Shown in pieces: positions 1 to 10,056 of a stretch of 64,000 nt of DNA. The notes under the pieces are model-generated. The model was not told the origin of the DNA and ran no database searches. It worked only from the letters and a program-made list of their open reading frames with translations. Numbering within the stretch: the stretch's first letter is position 1; each line of letters opens with the position of its first letter. Both the position numbers and the translations under genes were made by a program. The DNA is from Gammaproteobacteria bacterium (lineage in GTDB: Bacteria > Pseudomonadota > Gammaproteobacteria > Pseudomonadales > Azotimanducaceae). The DNA is taken from assembly GCA_002708765.1 (NCBI GenBank), contig PAPD01000052.1, positions 15,535 through 79,534 of the forward strand, written 5' to 3'.

Positions 1-387
1 AAAATCGGTCTGGAGGGAAAATGGAGAAGCGATATAAACACCGTCGAGATGATATGCAACAGATGGTGCCGCTATGGCGTTTTGATTGGTCTCGTTTCCA
101 ATACCTCGGATAGAAACAACGGTTTTATAGCCCTCGTTCTTTGCCACCGTAACGCCAGGGGCAATTCCGCTTAAATCGACAAAGGAAGTAATATTCTTAT
201 TGTCTAGCTCGTCGCCGCTGAGTACCGTTACCGCCTGCGAGAGATCTTGCAAACTCTCATTCCTTTTCTCAGCAACAACAATAACTTCTTCGATCACATT
301 GTCTGCCAAAGAGCTAAAACACATAAGCATGATCCAGAAAAAAAGAAACCAGCTTAGTAACGATTTGTTGGTGCCTGTCCCGAACAT
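1..387 (-). CDS. TonB-dependent receptor, N-terminal part (gene continues past window start)
   Basis: Own translation of the minus strand from ATG at 387-385, open to position 1: MFGTGTNKSLLSWFLFFWIMLMCFSSLADNVIEEVIVVAEKRNESLQDLSQAVTVLSGDEL...VSIRGIGNE. This is a signal peptide plus the TonB-box/plug region. It is absent from the ORF track because no stop lies in the window. Confidence 0.75.
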   Translation of the reverse strand, partial: MFGTGTNKSLLSWFLFFWIMLMCFSSLADNVIEEVIVVAEKRNESLQDLSQAVTVLSGDELDNKNITSFVDLSGIAPGVTVAKNEGYKTVVSIRGIGNETNQNAIAAPSVAYHLDGVYIASPFSLQTDF

Positions 388-653
388 TTTTCACCCCTTA
401 AATATCAATAAAATTTTTTTTGACTATAAATCTAAAACCCATTTTGTATCAAATGTGTAGCATGGATCGTGCCATTTACCAATTAATTACAGGGTTCAAA
501 TTTTTTTTCGGCAACCCAATGACTTATCTATTAAACCAGGAAAACTTAGCAAGTTGATTTTTAACCCTCAACAAGACAAATGCTCTATTTTTGTGCGAAA
601 AAAGCCTGATACACTATTATAGCGCGTCCCTAGTGAACATGATTTTTTTCGCC

Positions 654-1271
654 TCACAACATTCCCTCACGAATTATGAATTCGGATATTTCTGAAATAC
701 CACTACCTAATTTTAAATTAGAAAAGATATATGGCTTGCCTGCCCTCATCACCTTTGCATCGCTATCCATCACATCTAAATCCGCACCGACGAAGGGAGC
801 CAAATCGATTTTATTGATTATCAACAAGTCTGACTTTGTAATACCCGGACCACCCTTCCTTGGGATCTCCTCGCCAGCAGAAACATCGATCATGTAGAGC
901 GTTAGATCAGAAAGTTCCGGACTAAAAGTTGCTGCAAGGTTATCACCTCCGCTCTCTATAACGATTAGATCAAGGTCTGTAAATCTTGCGGTGAGCTGAT
1001 CAATCGCGTTCAGATTCATCGATGTGTCTTCTCTTATCGCCGTGTGAGGGCAACCGCCTGTCTCAACTCCCAAGATGCGGTCAGGGGAAAGAGCTTGGTG
1101 TTTCAATAAAAATTCTGCGTCTTCTCGTGTATATATGTCGTTAGTAATCACGGCCAAATTAAAGTTCTGGCGCATCTCCAGGCAAAGAGCTTTAACGAGA
1201 GACGTTTTCCCCGCTCCGACGGGCCCACCAACTCCCAGTCTCAGTGGCGGCTTTTTATTTTCTTCTAACAT
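654..1271 (-). CDS. ureG: urease accessory GTPase UreG
   Basis: P-loop [10 protein letters not shown], the CPHTAIRED and ESGGDNL motifs, 205 aa, last gene of the urease cluster. Confidence 0.97.
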   Translation of the reverse strand: MLEENKKPPLRLGVGGPVGAGKTSLVKALCLEMRQNFNLAVITNDIYTREDAEFLLKHQALSPDRILGVETGGCPHTAIREDTSMNLNAIDQLTARFTDLDLIVIESGGDNLAATFSPELSDLTLYMIDVSAGEEIPRKGGPGITKSDLLIINKIDLAPFVGADLDVMDSDAKVMRAGKPYIFSNLKLGSGISEISEFIIREGML

Positions 1272-1280
1272 AGTGTCTCC

Positions 1281-1964
1281 TTAAGATCTATAGAGTCTGC
1301 CCTCAATACCTTCATGTTGCGCGGATAGAATAGCCACTCCCGGGAGCGAGCGGCCGAACTCCCACTCAAACTTCTGCTGCTTTTGGGCGATTCTCTTAGA
1401 CCGATCGACGCACTCGGATATCTGAGGAATCATTTTCTCGAGAAGCCATTGACCTTTTGACTGTCCCATCGGGAGAGACTTAGTTACTACGAGCACCTGG
1501 TTTTCAATCCAATTAAAAGAAAAGCCAATAGCTAATTCGGTGACAGGAATCTGCCAGTAAGCGCCGGCGATCGCAAATTCTGTAACAAACGAAGGCTCTC
1601 TAAAGAGCGGACTACCGACGTCTAGCTGCTGAAGAATACGAGCCAGTGATTTGCCCATTTCCAAATCTTCTAGAAGGATCTCCTCAGTCTCTCGATTTGC
1701 TTGGAGATATTCATTCAAGCTGTTGATAACATTTGGTTCATTCTCGTTCCAGGCATCCGAACTGAGAAACAAGGCGGGCAAGTCGAGAGCGGACAACCCG
1801 TAATTGAAAAGATCTGAGATCCATTGGAACGCCGTCATATGATCTTTCACAATGCCATTGTATATAGCCGATTCCATGCAAGATGAGTAAGCGTAACCTC
1901 CGACAGGTAGGGCTTGCGAAGAAAGCCTGATCAAATTGGCAAGTTTAGTTACCTCAGAGCTCAC
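1281..1964 (-). CDS. ureF: urease accessory protein UreF
   Basis: 227 aa, LPVGGYAYS motif near the N-terminus, positioned between ureE and ureG. Confidence 0.85.
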   Translation of the reverse strand: MSSEVTKLANLIRLSSQALPVGGYAYSSCMESAIYNGIVKDHMTAFQWISDLFNYGLSALDLPALFLSSDAWNENEPNVINSLNEYLQANRETEEILLEDLEMGKSLARILQQLDVGSPLFREPSFVTEFAIAGAYWQIPVTELAIGFSFNWIENQVLVVTKSLPMGQSKGQWLLEKMIPQISECVDRSKRIAQKQQKFEWEFGRSLPGVAILSAQHEGIEGRLYRS

Positions 1965-1981
1965 AATTGCCCTCTAACTCG

Positions 1982-2425
1982 TTAATGTTTCGAATGGGCA
2001 TGATACGCCCCCTCCTCGGGCTGAAAAGGAGTAACCGTCTCGTCTACAAATCCACCCAAACCGATGACCATCTGATCTAAAACATAGTCTGGCTGGTAAA
2101 GTAGTTCGTCTTCCCTTACCTCAAGAGCGACATGGCGATTTCCTAAATGGTAAGCAATCCTAGTTAGTGCAAAATTATCGGTTGCCGTAACACGCGAGAC
2201 AGGCTCCGGTAGAGCTTTGACCGAGAAGAAGTCATCAGTTGTCGAGACTAGGATATCGCCTCCTAGCAGATACTCGCCTCGGTCAAGGAACCAAGCGACA
2301 GATGCTCCTTTCTCCGATATGCCCTTTCCTCTACTCCGTTTTCGCTCGTCATAAGGCAAGGCTATCTCATCATCATTTCCAGAGAACTCGTGATCTGTAG
2401 CTTTTTTAAAGCAATCGAATCGCAT
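1982..2425 (-). CDS. ureE: urease accessory metallochaperone UreE
   Basis: HLGNRHV motif and His-rich tail AYHAHSKH. I chose the internal ATG (MRFDCFKK...) because the longer ORF would overlap the ureC 3' end. Confidence 0.85.
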   Translation of the reverse strand: MRFDCFKKATDHEFSGNDDEIALPYDERKRSRGKGISEKGASVAWFLDRGEYLLGGDILVSTTDDFFSVKALPEPVSRVTATDNFALTRIAYHLGNRHVALEVREDELLYQPDYVLDQMVIGLGGFVDETVTPFQPEEGAYHAHSKH

Positions 2426-2436
2426 GTCATTGGGGC

Positions 2437-4131
2437 CTAAAATAGAAAGTAGCGCTGCGCGAGCGGCAGGCAATCCGCCGGCTCGCAAGTCAGAAGCTCA
2501 CCGTCTGCCCTGACCTCATAACTCTCAGGATCTACTTCGATGTGTGGCAGGTAATCATTCAAGACCATGTCAAGCTTTGATACATTTCTGCAAGAACGCA
2601 CCGCGCTAATCTTTTTTCTTAGCCCAAGGTCATTCAATCTCTCCCCGAAAGCTTGGCTAACAAAAGTAAGACTAGTTGCCTCCCTAGCTCGTCCGAACGA
2701 ACCGAACATCGGCCTGTAGTGCACTGGCTGAGGTGTCGGTATTGACGCATTCGGATCACCCATCGGCGCAGCTGCTATCATGCCACCTTTGATAATCATC
2801 GCCGGCTTTACCCCAAAGAATTCGGGCTTCCAAAGAACTAGGTCAGCCAGCTTGCCCTCCTCTATCGATCCAACTTCACTAGCGATCCCATGAGCGATGG
2901 AGGGGTTGATTGTGTATTTCGAGATATACCGTTTGACACGGAAATTGTCTGTGCTGCTCCCTTTCTCAAGAAAACCCCGTTGTACTTTCATTTTATGTGC
3001 GGTTTGCCAAGTCCGACTAATAACCTCACCAACCCGGCCCATCGCTTGGGAATCGGATGCGATCATCGAGAACGCTCCAAGGTCATGCAATATATCCTCA
3101 GCCGCAATAGTTTCTTTTCTTATGCGAGAGTCTGCAAATGCAACATCTTCGGGAATGTTTGGATCTAAGTGATGACAGACCATTAACATGTCCAGATGCT
3201 CATCCACCGTGTTGATCGTGTAAGGGCGCGTCGGATTTGTCGATGAAGGCAACACGTTTGGAAGGCCACAAGCTTTTATAATATCAGGGGCGTGACCGCC
3301 TCCGGCTCCTTCGGTGTGAAAAGTATGGATTGTTCTGCCCTTAAAAGCGGCTATGGTGTCTTCCACAAAACCCGATTCATTAAGCGTATCTGTGTGAATA
3401 GCTACCTGAACATCTTGACACTCAGCGACAGACAAACAATTATCAATAGCTTGGGGTGTAGTACCCCAGTCCTCATGAAGTTTGAGTCCCATCGCTCCGG
3501 CTTCAACTTGCTCATCTAGGGGACCAGGAAGGCTCGCGTTACCTTTCCCCATAAACCCTAGATTCATCGAAAAATCATCTGCCGACTGAAGCATCTTGGA
3601 TATGTGCCATGGGCCAGGAGTGCATGTCGTGGCGTTTGTGCCCGTTGCCGGACCGGTTCCTCCTCCAAGCATCGTTGTGATGCCCGACATCAAGCATTCT
3701 TCAATCTGCTGAGGACAAATAAAGTGGATGTGAGCGTCGACACCTCCAGCGGTCAGAATATGTCCTTCGCCAGCGATGGCCTCTGTTCCAGGGCCAATTA
3801 CAATGTCGACTCCTGACTGGGTGTCGGGATTACCGGCCTTGCCCACCTTCCAGATTCGCCCATTTTTAATTCCAACATCCGCTTTTACTATTCCCCAATA
3901 ATCAATAATTAAAGCGTTGGTGATAACAGTGTCCGCAGCATCAGCCGAAAGAGACTGGCTTTGACCCATTCCATCTCGTATGACCTTACCGCCTCCAAAC
4001 TTTACCTCGTCTCCATAGACTGTAAGATCTTTTTCTACTTCGACAATTAATTCTGTGTCCGCTAAGCGCAGCCTGTCGCCAGTGGTGGGTCCAAACATTT
4101 CAGAGTAGGCTCGACGTGATAATTTTGGCAT
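2437..4131 (-). CDS. ureC: urease alpha subunit
   Basis: 564 aa with the motifs [32 protein letters not shown] and MVCHHLD. Confidence 0.98.
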   Translation of the reverse strand: MPKLSRRAYSEMFGPTTGDRLRLADTELIVEVEKDLTVYGDEVKFGGGKVIRDGMGQSQSLSADAADTVITNALIIDYWGIVKADVGIKNGRIWKVGKAGNPDTQSGVDIVIGPGTEAIAGEGHILTAGGVDAHIHFICPQQIEECLMSGITTMLGGGTGPATGTNATTCTPGPWHISKMLQSADDFSMNLGFMGKGNASLPGPLDEQVEAGAMGLKLHEDWGTTPQAIDNCLSVAECQDVQVAIHTDTLNESGFVEDTIAAFKGRTIHTFHTEGAGGGHAPDIIKACGLPNVLPSSTNPTRPYTINTVDEHLDMLMVCHHLDPNIPEDVAFADSRIRKETIAAEDILHDLGAFSMIASDSQAMGRVGEVISRTWQTAHKMKVQRGFLEKGSSTDNFRVKRYISKYTINPSIAHGIASEVGSIEEGKLADLVLWKPEFFGVKPAMIIKGGMIAAAPMGDPNASIPTPQPVHYRPMFGSFGRAREATSLTFVSQAFGERLNDLGLRKKISAVRSCRNVSKLDMVLNDYLPHIEVDPESYEVRADGELLTCEPADCLPLAQRYFLF

Positions 4132-4134
4132 AAT

Positions 4135-4449
4135 TTAGGTCTCCAACGTTCCCATTACTTCGCCTCGGAAGCCAAAGATATTTCTCGAGCCACCAAACTC
4201 CACTAGCTCGACAGTTTTTGAAACGCCAGGCTCAAAACGAACTGCGGTGCCCGCGGCGATATTCAGTCGATAACCAACAGTCTGCGGTCTATCGAAGTTC
4301 AGTGCGGAATTGGTCTCAGCGAAATGGTAGTGAGAGCCTACCTGTATTGGACGATCTCCAACGTTAGCAACCTGAACCTCAACCGTTTTTCTGCCCTTAT
4401 TGAGCTCAATCGATCCATCAATTAGAAAATATTCTCCTGGTCTCATCAT
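4135..4449 (-). CDS. ureB: urease beta subunit
   Basis: 104 aa, RPGEY... [13 protein letters not shown]. Confidence 0.95.
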   Translation of the reverse strand: MMRPGEYFLIDGSIELNKGRKTVEVQVANVGDRPIQVGSHYHFAETNSALNFDRPQTVGYRLNIAAGTAVRFEPGVSKTVELVEFGGSRNIFGFRGEVMGTLET

Positions 4450-4456
4450 TCAGCCT

Positions 4457-4759
4457 CTACAGAATAGGTTCGTGCACGGTGACCAGCTTAGTCCCGTCCG
4501 GGAAAGTGGCCTCGACTTGCACTTCGTGGATCATATCTGCGACTCCTTCCATCACATCTTCGGTCGAGAGTATTGTCTTACCAAAAGACATCAACTCGGC
4601 TACGGTTTTTCCATCCCTTGCTCCTTCCATAATTTCAGCAGAAATAAGTGCTATGCACTCCGGGTAATTTAGCTTCACACCCCTCGCTCGACGACGCTCA
4701 GCCAGCAGCGCAGCGGTAAAAATTAGCAATTTATCTTTTTCTCTAGGGCTTAGCTCCAT
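4457..4759 (-). CDS. ureA: urease gamma subunit
   Basis: 100 aa, [34 protein letters not shown]. Confidence 0.97.
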   Translation of the reverse strand: MELSPREKDKLLIFTAALLAERRRARGVKLNYPECIALISAEIMEGARDGKTVAELMSFGKTILSTEDVMEGVADMIHEVQVEATFPDGTKLVTVHEPIL

Positions 4760-4862
4760 GGTGATTCTCCCCTCTCCAAGTCAATGGTATCAAAGATAGC
4801 TACCAGTGAACCTGTACGAAACGTTCCAAAGGTCGCAGCCCCATATTTTCGTATTTTTTTTT

Positions 4863-5702
4863 TTAATAGTTCCATATTCTGGGGCGCTCTCCATCACAAC
4901 CGAGCATAAGCGCTTCATTTTGGTGCATAATCTCCCGGGCAACGTAAAATCCACGCTTACACTCCTCAACCGAGCTGCCTAGGTAACGCAACAGGAACAA
5001 ACCTTTTTTCTTTGTGCCGCCAAAAGAGTCACAGCCTATTTTTTTTTTTATCGCCGAAACTAACCTAGAAAATTCATCGTCTTCGATATATGCCGAGGTT
5101 GCAATCAGCGAACCCAGAACATGTTTCCCCTGCAAACCCCAAGAACTCGTGTCCATCGTGGGACTGTACTCAAAAAAATCGCGATGAACCAGGCGCTCAT
5201 TTTTTACAATTGTAGTAGAGGAGCGCAGAGCTCCTGTAAAAAAGTTTTTATCTGGCCCCTTCCTTCCCAAAACCGTAATGTCCCAACCAAAAAAACGGGA
5301 CTCGTCAGACAGGGTGATTTTATTAGTTAGACTTGTTTTTGCTCCGTCAAAAAAAATGTTTTCCTGCGGGACCCACTCTAGCAAGGAACCCTTTTGTACT
5401 TTAAAGTCTTGGGAAACCTTCTGATCAGGCAGGCCGCCCTCACAACTGTAGAACTTAGAGGCAGCGGAAGAGGTAATCAGTGTATTCGTCTCCTCGTGGC
5501 CCTCGAAATGGACCGAAAGAGAGTCGCCTCCTACGACCCCTCCAGGAGGGTGAATTAAATAGATGTGACAACTCCCATCGTCTTGAAAAAAAGGCCGCTG
5601 GACCCTGAGCGGACCCTCATGCTTGAGACTACTTAGACGAGTAGATCCCTTTATTTTTCGAGTTTCTAGGCTTATCGAGCCTCGCCAGCTACGCATTGCC
5701 AA
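4863..5702 (-). CDS. ureD: urease accessory protein UreD/UreH
   Basis: 279 aa, first gene of the cluster, LRVQRPF...IHPPGGVVGGD motif. Confidence 0.85.
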   Translation of the reverse strand: MAMRSWRGSISLETRKIKGSTRLSSLKHEGPLRVQRPFFQDDGSCHIYLIHPPGGVVGGDSLSVHFEGHEETNTLITSSAASKFYSCEGGLPDQKVSQDFKVQKGSLLEWVPQENIFFDGAKTSLTNKITLSDESRFFGWDITVLGRKGPDKNFFTGALRSSTTIVKNERLVHRDFFEYSPTMDTSSWGLQGKHVLGSLIATSAYIEDDEFSRLVSAIKKKIGCDSFGGTKKKGLFLLRYLGSSVEECKRGFYVAREIMHQNEALMLGCDGERPRIWNY

Positions 5703-5833
5703 TGCACAAAAAAAGCTTCACAGGACAAACTTCCTTATGGTATTCATTATCCACAATGGTTTAGCCTATTTATTTAATCCAGCTCGCCAAAAACTAACTC
5801 TATTCATGCGGACGATCGATTTTAATTATTATA

Positions 5834-5870
5834 ATAGGATTTATCTATTGTGGTTATCGATTTATTTTAG
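5834..5870. promoter_or_regulatory. OxyR-like (LysR-type) operator in the ureD/katG divergent region
   Basis: ATAG-gatttat-CTAT-tgtggtt-ATCG-atttatt-TTAG matches 13 of 16 core positions of the ATAG-N7-CTAT-N7-ATAG-N7-CTAT pattern. It ends 79 bp upstream of the katG ATG, with a TATACT -10 candidate at 5893-5898. Confidence 0.45.
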
Positions 5871-5948
5871 TGGATCGAATTCCTTCTTTGCTTATACTCT
5901 TACGATAACAGTATTTTTTGGCGATATAAAAAAATTGGAGGGAATCAG

Positions 5949-8168
5949 ATGCGGCATTTACCGCTCGTGTTAAGACAGTTTTTTTTTGGAATCCTAATCC
6001 TAGGGCTCGCAAGTGCGGCTTTATCATCCGGCAAAGCCAAATCGAATCGGTTCTGGTGGCCTGATCAGTTAGACCTATCCTCGTTGAGAGACCATGACCA
6101 GCGATCTAATCCCCTAGGACCAGAATTCGACTATGCGTCGGCTTTTACCAATCTTGAGCTAAGCGAGGTGAAGTCAGATATAGATAATGTTTTGACCGAC
6201 TCTCAAGACTGGTGGCCAGCAGATTGGGGCAACTACGGGCCATTTTTTATTAGGATGACCTGGCACAGTGCGGGGACCTACCGAACTCTGGACGGCCGAG
6301 GCGGTGGAGATGGTGGTCAAATGAGATTTGATCCTCTAAATAGCTGGCCCGATAATGGGAACTTGGATAAAGCAAAACGACTGCTCTGGCCCATCAAGAA
6401 AAAATACGGCACCTCGCTCTCATGGGGAGACCTAATGATACTAGCGGGCAACGTCGCGCTAGAAAATATGGGTTTTGAGACTTATGGTTTTGCTGGAGGG
6501 CGGTCCGACGATTGGGAACCAGACACGGTATACTGGGGACCTGAGATTGAGATGCTAGCCAGCGATCGCTATGACGAGAACGGCAAACTCCAAAGACCCT
6601 TAGGCGCAATGCACATGGGCTTGATCTATGTAAATCCTGAAGGCCCAAAAGGCAAACCGGATCCAGTCGCTTCAGCAAAAAATATTCGCTTATCATTCGG
6701 CCGGATGGCTATGAACGATGAGGAAACCGTAGCTCTCGTTGCTGGCGGACACACCTTCGGAAAAATGCATGGTGCACGCAAACCTGAGGACTGCGTCGGG
6801 TCCGATCCAGGGGGGGCGCCCGTTGAAGAACAAGGCCTAGGATGGAAGAACAGGTGCGGCAAAGGTCATTCTGAAGATGCCACCACGAGCGGCTTGGAAG
6901 GCGCATGGACACAAGCGCCCACTAGATGGACGAGCCTCTATTTATCAAACCTGCTCGACAACGAATGGGAGCAAACCAGAAGCCCGGCCGGCGCCATAAT
7001 CTGGGTCCCTGTAAACAAGGCCCTACACAACTCGGTACCGGATGCACATGTAAAGGGAAAGTCTAACCCGCCGGTCATGACTACTGCAGATCTTGCTCTG
7101 AAATTCGATCCGGCATACCGAGAGATCGCCGAGAGATTCAAAGCGAACCCGGAAGAATATCAAAAGGCCTTTGCCAAGGCCTGGTTCAAGTTAACTCACA
7201 GAGATATGGGACCTCGAGAGAACTATCTGGGTGAAGAAGCTCCGGAAGAGGAGCTTGTCTGGCAGGACCCCGTTCCCTCGCCAGACCACGCCCTTATTAG
7301 AAAATCGGATATAAATAAACTGAAAGAACGGATTCTGGAGTCAGGGCATTCCCGGTCGGAACTGGTGCGCACTGCATGGGCCTCTGCCTCCTCGTTCCGT
7401 GGCTCTGACATGCGAGGAGGAGCCAATGGTGCCCGCATCGCGCTTTCGCCCCAGAAAGATTGGGAGGTTAATAACCCGGAGGAACTGGGGAGGGTAATAG
7501 AAACCCTTAAGACCTTGCGGGCCGAGTTCAACGATTCCTATTTTAGTAACGTCAAAGTCTCTCTTGCCGACCTGGTGATTCTCGGTGGAGCAGCAGCGAT
7601 TGAGGAAGCAGCGGCCGAGGGAGGAATCAAAATCGAAGTTCCGTTCATTCCGGGTCGAGGAGACTCAAGCCAGGCTCAAACAGATGAGGTATCTTTTTCA
7701 TTGCTTGAACCCGATGCCGATGGCTTCCGTAACTATTTCAACAGCGACAAGAGCTATCGTTCGCCGACCGAAATGCTGGTAGACAAGGCGGATCAACTGA
7801 ACCTGACCGTTCCGGAAATGACTGTTTTGCTTGGCGGAATGAGGGCTCTTGACGCAAATTCGAACAAGACTTCACACGGTGTTTTAACGGATTCGCCCGG
7901 TGTCTTGAGCAATGACTTCTTTGTCAATCTCCTGGATATGTCTACGGACTGGCGAAAATCAGAATCCGAGGGACTTTACGAAGGAGTAGATCGTAACTCT
8001 GGCGAGGTTAAATACACAGCGACTTCGGTAGACCTTATCTTCGGCTCAAATTCGGAATTAAGGGCAGTCGCCGAGGTATACGCTTTTGACAATTCCGAGG
8101 AAAGATTCGCCAGAGATTTCGTTAGTGCATGGACCAAAGTAATGCGGGCGGACAGGTTTGACCTCTAG
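5949..8168 (+). CDS. katG: catalase-peroxidase KatG with N-terminal signal peptide
   Basis: 739 aa, [10 protein letters not shown] (distal His), [10 protein letters not shown] (proximal His), two-domain length, GGAGG SD 8 nt upstream. Confidence 0.97.
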   Translation: MRHLPLVLRQFFFGILILGLASAALSSGKAKSNRFWWPDQLDLSSLRDHDQRSNPLGPEFDYASAFTNLELSEVKSDIDNVLTDSQDWWPADWGNYGPFFIRMTWHSAGTYRTLDGRGGGDGGQMRFDPLNSWPDNGNLDKAKRLLWPIKKKYGTSLSWGDLMILAGNVALENMGFETYGFAGGRSDDWEPDTVYWGPEIEMLASDRYDENGKLQRPLGAMHMGLIYVNPEGPKGKPDPVASAKNIRLSFGRMAMNDEETVALVAGGHTFGKMHGARKPEDCVGSDPGGAPVEEQGLGWKNRCGKGHSEDATTSGLEGAWTQAPTRWTSLYLSNLLDNEWEQTRSPAGAIIWVPVNKALHNSVPDAHVKGKSNPPVMTTADLALKFDPAYREIAERFKANPEEYQKAFAKAWFKLTHRDMGPRENYLGEEAPEEELVWQDPVPSPDHALIRKSDINKLKERILESGHSRSELVRTAWASASSFRGSDMRGGANGARIALSPQKDWEVNNPEELGRVIETLKTLRAEFNDSYFSNVKVSLADLVILGGAAAIEEAAAEGGIKIEVPFIPGRGDSSQAQTDEVSFSLLEPDADGFRNYFNSDKSYRSPTEMLVDKADQLNLTVPEMTVLLGGMRALDANSNKTSHGVLTDSPGVLSNDFFVNLLDMSTDWRKSESEGLYEGVDRNSGEVKYTATSVDLIFGSNSELRAVAEVYAFDNSEERFARDFVSAWTKVMRADRFDL

Positions 8169-8192
8169 ACACCAGAAAAAAGCATGACGGAG

Positions 8193-8222
8193 GAGACCGG
8201 GGCGCCATGTTTTTCCGGTCTC
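8193..8222. terminator. 8-bp GC-rich hairpin between convergent katG and the permease gene (possible bidirectional terminator)
   Basis: GAGACCGG (8193-8200) pairs with CCGGTCTC (8215-8222) across a 14-nt loop. There is no canonical U-tract on either strand. Confidence 0.3.
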
Positions 8223-8244
8223 TCTCTAAAATTTAACGGCTTCT

Positions 8245-9339
8245 TTACTGCGCCTGTGGGCGAAGATCCTGGATGTCTTTGTAGATCAGACAACACATAA
8301 ACAATAGTCCCACGTATCCGATCGAAGGATAAATCCAGTTTATCAATTGCCCGAAGGGCAGCAGGTTGCCTCCTAACAGGCAGACCAGGGTCAGACCAAG
8401 CGCCAATATCCTGAAGCGGGACGTATCTTCAGGAAAAAAGCGACGGCACACGGTCCAGAGCAGCGGGGTAACGGTTGTATATATTCCCAGGAATATAACG
8501 ACCGCAAAAATTGAGCCATAAATAGGAAAAACCTCAGTAGCAAGAACCAGAACAGGAACCTCAGCGCCAAGGACAGATTCCAGGTTCCCTATCAGCGCCA
8601 AGACCACTATCGCCATCGCACCGATAAAACAGATCGGACCAGCCAAAGATATTCCATTTATCTCTGCCTCGCTCGCCATGGTAGATCCGACAAGAGGCAA
8701 AAAAGCTGCGAGCCCGGGCATGGCAAGACCCACATACAGCACCCCTGAAAAAAGCCAGTTATCAGAGGCCCTCAGCATCTCGAGATCAGTTCCCACTAGG
8801 AATCCTTTTTCGAGATCAAACCCTCCATCAAACAAACTCGCGGTCGCAGTAACCAGGGTTAGAATCACGATGACGGGACCAATGACACCGAGCACCTCGA
8901 TAATTCTTTGGAGGCCAAGCAAAAGAGTTCCGGTGGCAAATACGGCCATAAGACTGGCCCCAAGGTGGATGGGCAGCCCATACGCCTGCTCGAGTGTTGC
9001 GGCCACTCCGGACAGCATTACAGCATAGACCGCAACAATCATGACCATCGTGTACCAGGTCATGGCAATACCCAGATGTTTTCCGCAAAAATAACGGAAC
9101 GCCTCTTCATTAGTTCGAAGATTCTGTTCTTTTCCTGCTCTCATGAGTGACCAGCAGGTATAAATCATTAACACACAGCAAACTAACAATCCCCCGAAAC
9201 CGTAGGGACCGTATCCCACAAAAAACTGCATTGCTTCCTGGCCGGTGGCAAAAGCTCCACCGATCAGCAACGCCATGTATGCACCTGAAACCCTTGCCAC
9301 GTGAAAAATAAATCTATATTTATCAGTTTCTTGCATCAT
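8245..9339 (-). CDS. YkvI-like polytopic membrane protein (APC-superfamily-like permease)
   Basis: 364 aa, about 10-11 hydrophobic spans, N-terminal GGAFATGQEAMQFFVGYG motif as in B. subtilis YkvI (from memory). Confidence 0.6.
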   Translation of the reverse strand: MMQETDKYRFIFHVARVSGAYMALLIGGAFATGQEAMQFFVGYGPYGFGGLLVCCVLMIYTCWSLMRAGKEQNLRTNEEAFRYFCGKHLGIAMTWYTMVMIVAVYAVMLSGVAATLEQAYGLPIHLGASLMAVFATGTLLLGLQRIIEVLGVIGPVIVILTLVTATASLFDGGFDLEKGFLVGTDLEMLRASDNWLFSGVLYVGLAMPGLAAFLPLVGSTMASEAEINGISLAGPICFIGAMAIVVLALIGNLESVLGAEVPVLVLATEVFPIYGSIFAVVIFLGIYTTVTPLLWTVCRRFFPEDTSRFRILALGLTLVCLLGGNLLPFGQLINWIYPSIGYVGLLFMCCLIYKDIQDLRPQAQ

Positions 9340-9351
9340 GAACCTTAAAGA

Positions 9352-10047
9352 TCAGTCACTATCTTGAAGGATGTAGAGCCACATTACCGATCTGCCATGA
9401 TCAATAAACCCGGTATCCTTCTGGACTTCCGGATCTGAGAGAGTTTCGAGAAATTTATCGATGTCGGAGTAGTAACCTTCGGCTGTGCCCTCATAGTCAT
9501 GGATAGCAAGTCCAGCCGATTTTGCTGCAGCCATGGAAGCGTTTTCATCAGCATGAAACTGCCTGTAGCCCTGTAGCCCTGAGACATTCTCTCTCACCTC
9601 AGCAGCATGGTGATCTATCCAGTGAGCCTGCCAGTTTGCTCTTCCCCACTCGGGGAGTCTTCTTAAAACCATGTTAAGAAACAAGCGCTCGCTCCCGGAA
9701 ACAATCTCGTGCTCTGTACCCACCAGAGCCGCCGAGGAATGCACGTCAACCGCGGGACCTAATCGCTCGCCAATGCCCTCCACAGATTCGCATAGAGCAT
9801 CAAACGAAAGATTTTCACCTCTAATTTCGAATACGACATCAAAGGAAGGTTGTTCGGGCACCTCATCAGGTTGACCATCCTGGGGAACACTCGCCGTCGG
9901 ATCACCCGGGACCCTAACCGCAAGGCGGTGCCGGGCGTCCGGCGAAGTCTCTTTAATTCTTGTCCACTCCAACGCCAGTTGATCGGTTATCTGATTAATC
10001 TGCCCCTCACCGGACGCACTTAGAAGCAACTGGATTTTCGTAATCAC
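9352..10047 (-). CDS. hypothetical protein with a C-terminal EthD-like (dimeric alpha/beta barrel) domain
   Basis: 231 aa with a GTG start. The C-terminal half (WQAHWIDHHAAEVRENVSGLQGYRQFH...YEGTAEGYY) resembles EthD-family proteins. The N-terminal half could be a second, similar domain. Confidence 0.4.
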   Translation of the reverse strand: MITKIQLLLSASGEGQINQITDQLALEWTRIKETSPDARHRLAVRVPGDPTASVPQDGQPDEVPEQPSFDVVFEIRGENLSFDALCESVEGIGERLGPAVDVHSSAALVGTEHEIVSGSERLFLNMVLRRLPEWGRANWQAHWIDHHAAEVRENVSGLQGYRQFHADENASMAAAKSAGLAIHDYEGTAEGYYSDIDKFLETLSDPEVQKDTGFIDHGRSVMWLYILQDSD

Positions 10048-10056
10048 CGCCGGCCC

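Noticed and set aside
200-460. 86-aa plus-strand ORF at the window start
   Set aside because: It is antisense to a minus-strand reading frame that encodes an unmistakable TonB-dependent receptor N-terminus.
388-653. Fur boxes upstream of the two TonB-dependent receptor genes (also 18622-18880)
   Set aside because: They contain only AT-rich stretches with poor matches to GATAATGATAATCATTATC, so nothing supports a call.
5703-5830. Sigma54 (TGGCAC-N5-TTGC) promoter for the urease operon
   Set aside because: The best candidate on the ureD strand (TGGCGAGCTGGATTA) lacks the -12 GC element.
5623-5973. 116-aa ORF spanning the ureD/katG intergenic region
   Set aside because: It is AT-rich, overlaps the ureD 5' end and the katG start, and has no motif support. 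The region is better explained as a divergent promoter and operator.
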